Shown: positions 39,053 through 47,464, counted from the first letter of the stretch. The stretch: 64,000 bases of DNA from Candidatus Nanoarchaeia archaeon (GCA_028718805.1 JAQUKY010000006.1:1927-65926), one strand, 5' to 3'. A program made the numbers and translations. The notes: a model not told the origin generated them from the letters alone.

Positions 39053-39169
39053 TTTGTCACAGCAAGGTGGTCAGATGATTTTATATATAATCCAGAACTA
39101 AGATAATCAACTGAAATAAAAAAAGTTCTGGATTATACCAAGATGGTAGCAAGTCCTGGCGGGGCTATT
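39053..39169 (+). repeat. Shared cassette right-end module, copy 1 (includes core copy 3 at 39157-39168)
   Basis: 113/117 identical to 60910-61026; internal perfect 14-bp inverted repeat at 39086-39099 / 39124-39137. Confidence 0.93.
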
Positions 39170-39227
39170 ATTGAAAAGTAGTGTGCTCTTAATCGTGGTT
39201 TAATAGCAAGCCACAATAAGAAAGAGC

Positions 39228-39540
39228 ATGACTGACATACACAATTTAAATAGAAGATTAGAAGCAACATTGAGGAAAGTGGAAAATTCTTCTATTTCTG
39301 ATAAGAATAAAAAAGCAATTTTTGAGTTTCATAATTTTTGTTTTAGCGAGGGAATTGGGGCTGGAAAAATCCAAAGATATGTTTTTGACCTGGAGAAAAT
39401 AGTTAATCTTCTTAAGAAAGATTTTGATAAATGTAAGAGAGAAGATATTCAGAAAGTTTGTTGGTTTAATAGAAAAGCAAGGTTTCGAGCGACAAGGCTT
39501 TAGCCAGCGAGAAACCTTTAGGAGATTAATTGTGAAATGA
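39228..39540 (+). pseudogene. Truncated, frameshifted tyrosine integrase N-terminal domain
   Basis: DIHNLNRRLE...ISDKNKKAIFEF..FCFSEGIG..KIQRYVFDL...DFDKCKREDIQKV resembles archaeal XerA-like integrase N-termini as I recall them; removing one T near 39457 continues it as VGLIEKQG; no catalytic R-H-x-x-R-Y region follows. Confidence 0.7.
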
Positions 39541-40115
39541 GAGATAAAAATTATTTTCAACTGGATTTTTATGAAGATAAGGAAAGATTTGCAGATTGTT
39601 ATTCTTTAAACCAAATTAAAGACCATGCTAGAATTCAGTATCTTATAAAAAGAGGTTACAGCTTAACAAAACATTATGATTTAAGAATGAAAGAAGAAAT
39701 ATATTTAACAAAAAACCAGAAAACAGAAACTCCACAACATGCATTTTTGGTTTGGGCTTTACTAAAGTATCTAAGAGAGCAAAATTTTCAGGTCTGGAAT
39801 TACAAGACAATTAAGCCAGATATTATTTTTGAAGTTCAAAATAGAAAAATTGCTATTGAAATTGAGACTGGCAAGAATTTAAGGAATAATAGAAAGCAAT
39901 TTTTGGAAAAAATCAATTCACTTTATAAAAATTTTGGCTATAACTGGTTTTTTGTTGTGACAAACAGGGATTTAGTCAAGAAATATAAGAAGTATGGCAG
40001 GACTTACACAAGAAAAAATGTCATAAAAGCAATCTGGAGGTATGTTAATTTTAAGCCAAGAAATTACATGTTAAAACATCGGTTTTGGAAGGGGGGGATG
40101 CAATGGCATTTATAG
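39537..40115 (+). CDS. PD-(D/E)xK-like nuclease-fold protein
   Basis: KPDIIFEVQNRKIAIEIETG; ATGA overlap with the upstream frame. Confidence 0.55.
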   Translation: MRDKNYFQLDFYEDKERFADCYSLNQIKDHARIQYLIKRGYSLTKHYDLRMKEEIYLTKNQKTETPQHAFLVWALLKYLREQNFQVWNYKTIKPDIIFEVQNRKIAIEIETGKNLRNNRKQFLEKINSLYKNFGYNWFFVVTNRDLVKKYKKYGRTYTRKNVIKAIWRYVNFKPRNYMLKHRFWKGGMQWHL

Positions 40116-40177
40116 ACGGAAGAACTTTAAAAAAATACCGCAATTGACACCACATATAATAAAGGGCTAATTTTAAA

Positions 40178-40471
40178 CTAAAATCTCCTTGATATCCCCC
40201 ATTTTTTGCAAATATGGCAATTATTGCTGAAATCTCTTTTTTCAAATTTGCAAAACGTGCTGTTCTTTATAATATTGTTAAAATCCCTAAATTTCATTTC
40301 CTTTATTTCTAAATTATCAATTATTTTTTGAATGTTATCCTCGCACCTTTGTTTATATTCTTCTACAGGAAGCTCAAATTTTTTGCATTTCCAGCAATGC
40401 ATGGCAAAATACATCCCCTTAAGCCTTTTCAATGGCCATTTTGGCCTTTCTTTTATTTCTTGATTAGCCAT
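40178..40471 (-). CDS. Hypothetical Cys-containing protein
   Basis: CWKC and CHIC motifs; overlaps the dubious 5' extension of the opposite-strand ORF. Confidence 0.4.
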   Translation of the reverse strand: MANQEIKERPKWPLKRLKGMYFAMHCWKCKKFELPVEEYKQRCEDNIQKIIDNLEIKEMKFRDFNNIIKNSTFCKFEKRDFSNNCHICKKWGISRRF

Positions 40472-40504
40472 AAAGAATATATATCTATCAGGATATATAA
40501 ATTT

Positions 40505-41497
40505 ATGAGAGATATAATCCAGAGGCTTTTAGCAACAGATAACTCAAAGGAAAGAACAAAACTTCTGGAAAAATTTAGGGAATTTCAATTTGGCAAGAGT
40601 AGAAGAGAGACAGAAAATATTTTATTTGAGATATTTAAGGATGCCAAGCAAATGCTTGAAAATACTAAAGATAATGAGGAAAAAAGAGTTGCCCTAAGAA
40701 CATTAAATGCAATATTTCTTATTTACCCCTCTGAAACCATGGCAGAATTGCTCCAAGTTAAGGCTAAAGAAACTCCGGTTAAAGACAGGGATGTCATGGA
40801 AATAATTGACATTTGTTTGGAATTGCTGGAAGATAATGATGGAAATTTAAGGCTATCAGCTGCATATTTAATTGATCATTTAAGGGGATATATGCCTGAT
40901 TATAATTATGTTGATTTGTTTTATAATCTGCTTTCTTTAAAGAACTCTCCAAAAAACAAAGGCAAAAATAAGAAAACAATTGAATTTTGTTTAAGTAAAA
41001 TATTTTCTCCATTCCTTGAAGCAATTTTGGACGCAAGTTATCCTCTAGAGGTTAAAAAGATGAAAATAAGAGTTCATTCAAAAAATGAGAAGGTTATTAA
41101 CACTGCTATAGATGTCGAACATTTAGCAAATCAAATGGTATCTGAAACTGAAAAATATATTCAAAAAATTCTGGCAATAAGAGGAGAATATCTTCTTGAA
41201 GGCAATTTTATCCCTTACATAGAAAATATTGGTATTTTTCAGATCTTCTATGAAATGCAAAGGCTAAGAGAACTTTATTTAAAAGGAGAAATAAATAAAG
41301 AATTAATGAAAAATTATCTGAACAGCCGAATTTCTATTTTTGCGAATAATAGAATTGATATGCTTGATGGTCTTTCAGAAAGAGAAGAATTCTCATTGGT
41401 TTTAATGGATTTTAATAAGAATCTTGTTGTTAAAGATCTGCAGGAAACATATGATTTTTTAATAAAAATAAATTCTGTAATAGAAAATCTGAGTTGA
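40505..41497 (+). CDS. Hypothetical HEAT-repeat-like protein
   Basis: Probable ATG at 40505; helical repeats such as DNDGNLRLSAAYLI. Confidence 0.55.
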   Translation: MRDIIQRLLATDNSKERTKLLEKFREFQFGKSRRETENILFEIFKDAKQMLENTKDNEEKRVALRTLNAIFLIYPSETMAELLQVKAKETPVKDRDVMEIIDICLELLEDNDGNLRLSAAYLIDHLRGYMPDYNYVDLFYNLLSLKNSPKNKGKNKKTIEFCLSKIFSPFLEAILDASYPLEVKKMKIRVHSKNEKVINTAIDVEHLANQMVSETEKYIQKILAIRGEYLLEGNFIPYIENIGIFQIFYEMQRLRELYLKGEINKELMKNYLNSRISIFANNRIDMLDGLSEREEFSLVLMDFNKNLVVKDLQETYDFLIKINSVIENLS

Positions 41498-41625
41498 AAC
41501 ATATAAATTTTAATGCACATATCCAATAAATTACCTTCATATTCTTTGTTGCTAATGTGTTATCAGGATAATCCAAAGCTTTATATACCTCTGGTGTATA
41601 TTTATACAATAAAGGTGTATAATAA

Positions 41626-42213
41626 ATGATAACTAATAATGAGAGAAAGGTATTGAAGATGCTGTTGTATGCATTTGGCGAGAGTTATTCAATAAACCGC
41701 ATTGCAAAAGAATGTAAGCTAGCTCCAAATGGAGCATTAAAAATATTAAGAAAATTTGAAAAAGAGGGCATATTAGACTTTGAGAATATTGGAAATATGA
41801 AATCCTATAGCTTAAACTTTGAAGATGAAAAAACAAAGAATATTCTAAGATTAGCTTTAATTCCTGAGTTAAAAGCAAGGCTCAAATATCGGGCTGAGGA
41901 TTTAAAGCATTTGAAGGAATTTACAGAGGCTTGCATTATTTTCGGCTCCTATGCTGATTTAAGAAAAGAGCCAAATGATATAGATTTGTTTTTTATTGTT
42001 AAAAACAAAAAATTTAATGATTATAAAAAAGAAAGCCCTTTGGTTTATAAGACAATGCCTATTAAAGTTCATGATATCCTGCAGACAAATAAAGATGTTG
42101 CTGAAAATCTTAAGAAAAAAGATAAGGTAATTATAGAAATACTTAAAACAGGAATAATCCTATGGGGATATGACAAGATAATTAATATTATTGAAAATGG
42201 CTATAAAAAATAA
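41626..42213 (+). CDS. wHTH + minimal nucleotidyltransferase (MNT) antitoxin
   Basis: N-terminal HTH (SINRIAKECKLAPNGALKIL); IIFGSYA...NDIDLFFI GS-DxD motif. Confidence 0.8.
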   Translation: MITNNERKVLKMLLYAFGESYSINRIAKECKLAPNGALKILRKFEKEGILDFENIGNMKSYSLNFEDEKTKNILRLALIPELKARLKYRAEDLKHLKEFTEACIIFGSYADLRKEPNDIDLFFIVKNKKFNDYKKESPLVYKTMPIKVHDILQTNKDVAENLKKKDKVIIEILKTGIILWGYDKIINIIENGYKK

Positions 42214-42697
42214 GTTAAAAGAATGCATGAAAGAAGGCAAAAAGGGAGAAAGGCATAAAGGATTGAGGGAGATAGAACCTTCAATGAAAATTGCACAAGG
42301 ACATATCAGCAAGGCAATACATAACCTTAATGCAATAGACACTTTTCATGATGATGGATATTCAGACTGGAGTGCATCAGCTGCTTTTTACTGCTTGTAC
42401 CATTGTTTGCTCGCTGTAATCTCCAAAAAAGGCTTTGAGTCTAGAAATCAATCCTGTACTTTTGCATTGATTGAAAACATGATTGAGAATAATGGAATAA
42501 GCCTGACAAAAGAAGAGCTTAAAGAAATATTTGACAAAGATGTGACAGAAGATTTGAGCCATAGCGACAAAATTTTAGATATAAGGGAAAATATGCAGTA
42601 TTCAATTAAAACTGCATTAGAAGAGAAAGAGTTCCAGTTTTTAAAACAGAGAACAAAGTTCTTATTTGATAAATTAAGAAAAGAAGTTGAAAAGTGA
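42191..42697 (+). CDS. HEPN-domain protein (toxin partner)
   Basis: DWSASAAFYCLYHCLLA, SRNQSCT, IRENMQY; overlaps the MNT gene. Confidence 0.8.
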   Translation: MKMAIKNKLKECMKEGKKGERHKGLREIEPSMKIAQGHISKAIHNLNAIDTFHDDGYSDWSASAAFYCLYHCLLAVISKKGFESRNQSCTFALIENMIENNGISLTKEELKEIFDKDVTEDLSHSDKILDIRENMQYSIKTALEEKEFQFLKQRTKFLFDKLRKEVEK

Positions 42698-42790
42698 CAT
42701 CACCAAAAAATATAAATACAAGTGCCACTTTAGATAATTTTAATTGATTAATAACTAAAAAAAGAACACGCTACTTTCTGCCCTAGGCAC

Positions 42791-43870
42791 TGGCGGGGCT
42801 ATATACCTTTTTGGCAGATTTTGGGGATATGGACTTACCTTGAATTTATTATTCTCCTCGAGATTCAAGGCTATTTAAAGACTGCTACGGTGAGAGATAG
42901 AATATATTGTGTTGTTAATCATCTATTCGGAGAGCAGATATTGCTTGAAAATCTGGCTCGAACTCTAAGGATTTTTCATCTTCTCCCATATCAATCTTGG
43001 GATTTATCAAGAACTTAGCTATCTCCTTGCGAGCACATTTAGGTTTCATGTTTTTGACTTGGGGTGCTAGAGAAACCAATGCCTTGTAAGCATCATTTGT
43101 AAATGCAGCAAGATAATCCCACGCAGATTCAAACCTACCTAGGGAATCATAATTTTCAGAATGGCAAGTGGTAGTGGCTATTGAATACAATGCTCTAATT
43201 TTCTGGTCACCAGGCAATTTTTCTATTACACATATAAAACCGCTTATATAATCTGCAATTAAACTGTCTTCACGAACTTTGTCATCTTCTTCAATGTAAT
43301 CAAAGTGATAACGCCAAATATTGTTAAATTTTCTTAGCCAGCCATTTGACTCTGGAGAAGATACTGCCATTTGTAAAACTGAAGCAAGATTTGATATATA
43401 TTCAAATGAATGCACTCTTGTATCTATTTCCCTAAGCCCTTCTTTAACTTTTTTATTAAAGTAATCAACCGTATTAGAGAAATTTATATCTGCATTTTCA
43501 TTTGGTTTTACTGGAACAACTGATTTGGAAAAATCTTCTCCATTTGAACAAAGACCTTCAAGCCCTTTGTAACATAATACTCGCTGGCTCATATTGATAT
43601 TAGGGAATTAAGTTAGACTATTTAACATTTATTATAATCAAATAATACATTCAAATAGTTCTGTGTTTTACCCTGTTAATATTTCCTAACGATATATTTT
43701 TTAGATTTTTCCTTCTAGGATTGTCATCTCTCATTGCTTTTATGGGGGTGTATCTTCATATTTATCGATGGTAAACTAAGCTTTTATATCTCTGGTATAA
43801 GAGCTATATCATAGCCCCTTGAATCTGTTTAAAAGTTCTAGTCTTGGCGGGGCTATATACCTTTTTGGCA
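42791..43870. mobile_element. Cassette C4, bounded by a 26-bp direct repeat
   Basis: TGGCGGGGCTATATACCTTTTTGGCA at 42791-42816 and 43845-43870; weak inverted repeat (21/30) at 42803-42831 / 43810-43839. Confidence 0.75.
42915..43592 (-). CDS. Hypothetical protein (C4 cargo)
   Basis: 225-aa ORF without a recognisable motif. Confidence 0.6.
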   Translation of the reverse strand: MSQRVLCYKGLEGLCSNGEDFSKSVVPVKPNENADINFSNTVDYFNKKVKEGLREIDTRVHSFEYISNLASVLQMAVSSPESNGWLRKFNNIWRYHFDYIEEDDKVREDSLIADYISGFICVIEKLPGDQKIRALYSIATTTCHSENYDSLGRFESAWDYLAAFTNDAYKALVSLAPQVKNMKPKCARKEIAKFLINPKIDMGEDEKSLEFEPDFQAISALRIDD

Positions 43871-43919
43871 TAAAATTCTTTCATAAGTTTTATAAGCATT
43901 CTAAGTTTAATCTTATAAA

Positions 43920-44789
43920 ATGGTGAATGAATTATTTTTAGCAGAGAACTGGTTTTTGATTATCTTAGGATTAATTTGGGTTATTGGGGCAGTTCTCCAA
44001 GATATGAAGAGGAGGGAAGTTGATAACTTATGGAATTTTAGCTTAATTGCTTTTGCACTTGCTTACAGAATTGCTGTCTCTATTTTTATTAATAATTATT
44101 GGTTTGCTTTTAATGGTTTAATTGGATTGTTAATATTTTTGGCTTTAGGCAATCTATTCTATTATGCAAGATTATTTGCAGGGGGAGATGCCAAGCTTAT
44201 GATTGCTTTAGGAACAATCCTTCCTCTAAGTTATTCGTGGATTATTAATTTTAAAATTTTTGGATGTTTTATTTTATTGTTTTTGTTAGGAGGAAGCATT
44301 TATGCTTTGATATACTCTTTTTGTCTGATAATAATTAATTGGAAGAGTTTTAAAAAGGAATTTGTAAAACAATGGAATAATTATAAAAGATTGTTTTTGA
44401 TAGCATTAATTTTTGCTTTAGCCTGGGTTTTAATTGCTTTTTTTATTAGTCAGACAATTATGGTTTTAATTGGATTAATTGTTTTATTATTCCCTGTTTT
44501 GTATATTTTTGCAAAAGCTGTTGAAGAAAGCTGTATGATAAGATTAGTTAAGCCAAACAAGGTTACAGAGGGGGATTGGCTGTATAAAGATATTAGAATT
44601 GGAAACAGATTAATAAAAGCAAATTGGGAGGGTGTTACTAAAAGAGAATTAGAATTAATAAAAAAAGGCAATAAAAAAGTTTTGATTAAATATGGAATAC
44701 CATTCACCCCAAGCTTTTTATTTGGGTTGGTTGGTTTGTTGTTTTTAGCTTGGATGTGGTTCTTTATTCTAAATTTAATCTTTTGGTAA
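43920..44789 (+). CDS. Prepilin peptidase (A24, PibD/ArlK/EppA-like)
   Basis: QDMKRREVDN and GGDAKL catalytic Asp motifs; C-terminal EGDW...EG...PFTP domain. Confidence 0.88.
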   Translation: MVNELFLAENWFLIILGLIWVIGAVLQDMKRREVDNLWNFSLIAFALAYRIAVSIFINNYWFAFNGLIGLLIFLALGNLFYYARLFAGGDAKLMIALGTILPLSYSWIINFKIFGCFILLFLLGGSIYALIYSFCLIIINWKSFKKEFVKQWNNYKRLFLIALIFALAWVLIAFFISQTIMVLIGLIVLLFPVLYIFAKAVEESCMIRLVKPNKVTEGDWLYKDIRIGNRLIKANWEGVTKRELELIKKGNKKVLIKYGIPFTPSFLFGLVGLLFLAWMWFFILNLIFW

Positions 44790-44805
44790 TCTGATAAACG
44801 ATTTT
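44781..44805 (+). repeat. Dispersed intergenic repeat family, representative copy
   Basis: TTTTGGTAATCTGATAAACGATTTT identical to 61272-61296; related copies at 8171, 19682, 23283, 47933, 51274, 55397, 56855, 61758 (+) and 21481, 32012, 34514 (-). Confidence 0.75.
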
Positions 44806-44868
44806 AGCACTTCCTTTTATTTAACTCGAAGATTATAGGATTATTAGTGAGATAAAAATTTTTATCCT

Positions 44869-45525
44869 TTAAGGTATTCTGAAAGAAATTTTTTGCAGAC
44901 TTTTTATAGATTCTTTTGTAATCGCGGTTTTATCTGTTGTTTTCTTCTGCCTTGGGCTTCTCTTTTTTGTTTCTAATATCAACTGCAGCTCTTTTAATTC
45001 TGATTCCTCTGCCTTATGTTTTTCTAATTTTTTATCTTTATAAAAAGGTATGACATTAATTATAGCGTGTCCCTGAGCTGATGCAGTTTCTATTTTAACA
45101 TCCTCTGCATTTAATTTCTTTTTTATTTTTTTTGCTGTTCTTTGAGCCAAGCTTAATGAGGATTTTGGAAGTTTTTCTATTGTAGTGTGTTCGTTTGGGA
45201 TTACTATGGTATGCCCCCTTGATATTGGATTTATTTCAAGGATTGCAGTTGCCTTTTTGTTCTCTGCTATTCTGTAAGAAGGCACATGGTTGCTTATGAT
45301 AGAGCAAAAGATGCATTGGGTTGCCTGTCCTCCTTGAGCAGTCTGATTTAATTGTCCTTCTTCTGAAAGCTGTATCTTATTTTGTTTTAAGAATTCTTCT
45401 AATTGTTCTTCGTCGAGATTTGTTACATACTCTTTAATCTGCTCTTTATTCTCCATTTCAGAGGATTCTATCTGCTGGAGAAGCTGTTTTTTTATTTCTT
45501 CTGCTTGTTCAGGGGTTATTGCCAT
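44869..45525 (-). CDS. HIT-family protein with degenerate histidine triad and acidic N-terminal extension
   Basis: CIFCSII, EINPISRGHTIVIP; triad region reads QGHAIINVIP. Confidence 0.75.
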   Translation of the reverse strand: MAITPEQAEEIKKQLLQQIESSEMENKEQIKEYVTNLDEEQLEEFLKQNKIQLSEEGQLNQTAQGGQATQCIFCSIISNHVPSYRIAENKKATAILEINPISRGHTIVIPNEHTTIEKLPKSSLSLAQRTAKKIKKKLNAEDVKIETASAQGHAIINVIPFYKDKKLEKHKAEESELKELQLILETKKRSPRQKKTTDKTAITKESIKSLQKISFRIP

Positions 45526-45655
45526 AAATAAGTTAAATAAAAGGGTTTTTTATATTTATCTTAACTTAAAATAATGATTTAATTATAATATATTTTTGAT
45601 TAGTAGTAAAAAAATAGCAAATATGTTTATATATTCTCTTTTTTAAGTTATTTTC

Positions 45656-45928
45656 ATGGGAATTGAGAGTTTACCTTTAATAAGGAATTTAGAAAATTTT
45701 GCTCAGGGATTACCTAAAGAGTGCAGAGCTAAAGCGTATGAGTTTGCAAAGAGTTTTTATGTAGTCGGGGTAGGGGATGGAGCAGCGCAGGGAGTTGTTT
45801 CTGACGCATCAATGATTGCAGGGATGTTTAGTGGAAAAAAATCAAAAGATTCTTCTTCATCATACTTTGGGGATAAAGAAAAAGAGTTAAAAGATTACCT
45901 AGACAAAAAAATTCAGGAATCAAAATAA
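45656..45928 (+). CDS. Hypothetical protein
   Basis: 90-aa ORF. Confidence 0.45.
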   Translation: MGIESLPLIRNLENFAQGLPKECRAKAYEFAKSFYVVGVGDGAAQGVVSDASMIAGMFSGKKSKDSSSSYFGDKEKELKDYLDKKIQESK

Positions 45929-46004
45929 TTTAAATAGTAATTCTCAAAACTTTGGATTATCAAATAATCAATAAGTTTATAAATAAACCTTTCAAAATCT
46001 AAAT

Positions 46005-46277
46005 ATGGGAACCGCACTTGTAAAAATTAAAATAATGCCTGAAAGTCCTAAAGTTAATTTAAAGGAAATTGAAAAACAGGCAGTAGATATTGCAAAAAAG
46101 AACAAGGCACAGAATCCAAAAACAGAGATAGAGCCCATAGCTTTTGGGTTAAATGCAATAATCCTACAGTTTGCTATAGATGAATCAGAATCCATTGATA
46201 ATGTTGAAATCCCATTAAGAAAAATCAAAGGTGTTAGTTCTGCAGAAGTTGCTGATTTTAGAAGGGCTTTTGGTTGA
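46005..46277 (+). CDS. ef1b: Translation elongation factor aEF-1beta
   Basis: KIKIMPESP.V.L, EPIAFGLNAI, VSSAEV. Confidence 0.92.
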   Translation: MGTALVKIKIMPESPKVNLKEIEKQAVDIAKKNKAQNPKTEIEPIAFGLNAIILQFAIDESESIDNVEIPLRKIKGVSSAEVADFRRAFG

Positions 46278-46380
46278 TTTAATTTTTATAATTATGTTTG
46301 ATAAGCATAATACTTATAAGCAAGGTATTTTTTTAATGAATATTAAAAAAGGAGAAATTTAAATAAGAGAAGTTTATATA

Positions 46381-47310
46381 ATGGGCGGGAATTATGAACA
46401 ATTAGTTGAACTGATTTCTCGGACTTCGGGCATGTCTGTAGGAGAGATTCAGAGAAAAATAGAGGCTAAACAGGCTAAGCTTTCCTGGCTGATAAGTAAA
46501 GAAGGGGCTGCCCAGGTTGTTGCAGCAGAATTAGGAGTAAATCTTGACAAACAGGTAATAAAAATTTCCCAGATTGTTCCTGGAATGAAAAAAATTAACC
46601 TGATAGGGAAGATAATTACCCTGTTCCCAATAAGGGAATATAATAAAAACGGGAGGAGTGGGAGGATTGGCAGTTTTGTCTTGGCAGACGATACAAGCAA
46701 TATAAGGGTTGTATTATGGGATGAAAATCATATAGATTTAATTGTAAAAAATCAGGTCAGGGAAAATATGGTTGTAGAGATAAATAACGCAGGCATCAGA
46801 AATGGAGAGTTGCATTTAACTAATTTTTCTGAAATTAAAAATTCAAATAATGTACTTAATTCTATTGTTATGGAAAAACCTGTTTTTAACAAAAAAATAG
46901 CAGAGTTTAATATGAATGATGCAGTAAGTACAAGAGCATTTATTGTTAATATCTTTGAACCAAGGTTTTTTGAGGTTTGTCCTGCATGCAAGAAAAAAGT
47001 TGAAAATATGGAATGTCAGCAGCATGGCAAAGTTGTTCCAGAAAGAAGAGCATTGCTAAATTTTGTTATGGATGATGGAACAGATTCAATCAGAGCAGTT
47101 ATGTTCTCAGATAATATCGGGAAGTTAATAGAAAAAGATGAATTAGAAAATCCTGAAATTTTCTCTTTAAAAAAACAGGAGTTGTTAGGCAAGGAGCTGG
47201 TTGTTTTAGGCAAGGTAAGAAAAAATAAGGTTTTTGATAATAATGAGTTTATTATAGAAGATGTAAGGGCAGTTGACATTGATAAGCTGATTAATGAATT
47301 GGAAAAATAG
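46381..47310 (+). CDS. rpa: Replication protein A (OB folds plus zinc finger)
   Basis: LADDTSNIRVVLWD, CPAC..CQQHG, DDGTDSIRAVMF. Confidence 0.82.
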   Translation: MGGNYEQLVELISRTSGMSVGEIQRKIEAKQAKLSWLISKEGAAQVVAAELGVNLDKQVIKISQIVPGMKKINLIGKIITLFPIREYNKNGRSGRIGSFVLADDTSNIRVVLWDENHIDLIVKNQVRENMVVEINNAGIRNGELHLTNFSEIKNSNNVLNSIVMEKPVFNKKIAEFNMNDAVSTRAFIVNIFEPRFFEVCPACKKKVENMECQQHGKVVPERRALLNFVMDDGTDSIRAVMFSDNIGKLIEKDELENPEIFSLKKQELLGKELVVLGKVRKNKVFDNNEFIIEDVRAVDIDKLINELEK

Positions 47311-47464
47311 AGATAATTTTATTTTTTAAGATTTGATAATGTTAAACTCATAAACGCTTTGGCAATTATGTCTATAAAATTGTTTCGGTGTTTGCAGTTA
47401 CTTATTTTAGATAATGTTTATTAAGTATATCCGTTTATTTTGGATGTAAAAAAGAGGAAATAAA

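Larger units (their letters stand above)
37447..39168. mobile_element. Cassette C2 (TrmB plus divergent cargo), sister of the cassette at tRNA-Gln
   Basis: Left 55 nt 52/55 identical to 58366-58420; right 117 nt 113/117 identical to 60910-61026. Confidence 0.85.
39157..42802. mobile_element. Cassette C3: decayed integrative element with integrase remnant and MNT-HEPN pair
   Basis: Inverted repeats AAAGTAGyGTGyTCTT at 39175-39190 and 42762-42777 (14/16); integrase fragment starts 60 nt inside the left core. Confidence 0.75.
36645..43870. mobile_element. Tandem cassette array (C1-C4) punctuated by five TGGCGGGGCTAT cores
   Basis: Exact 12-mer at 36645, 37447, 39157, 42791 and 43845; each interval holds accessory genes and has its own terminal inverted repeats. 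Confidence 0.85.

Noticed and set aside
39440-39480. Programmed frameshift in the integrase remnant
   Set aside because: The shifted frame ends after about 25 codons with no catalytic domain, which fits decay better.
40328-40504. 5' extension of the 389-aa ORF
   Set aside because: It is the antisense shadow of 40178-40471; ATG 40505 gives a more natural start.
36645-43856. Repeated 12-mer as a CRISPR array
   Set aside because: The unit is too short, the spacing is 0.8-3.6 kb and contains whole genes, and no cas genes are present.
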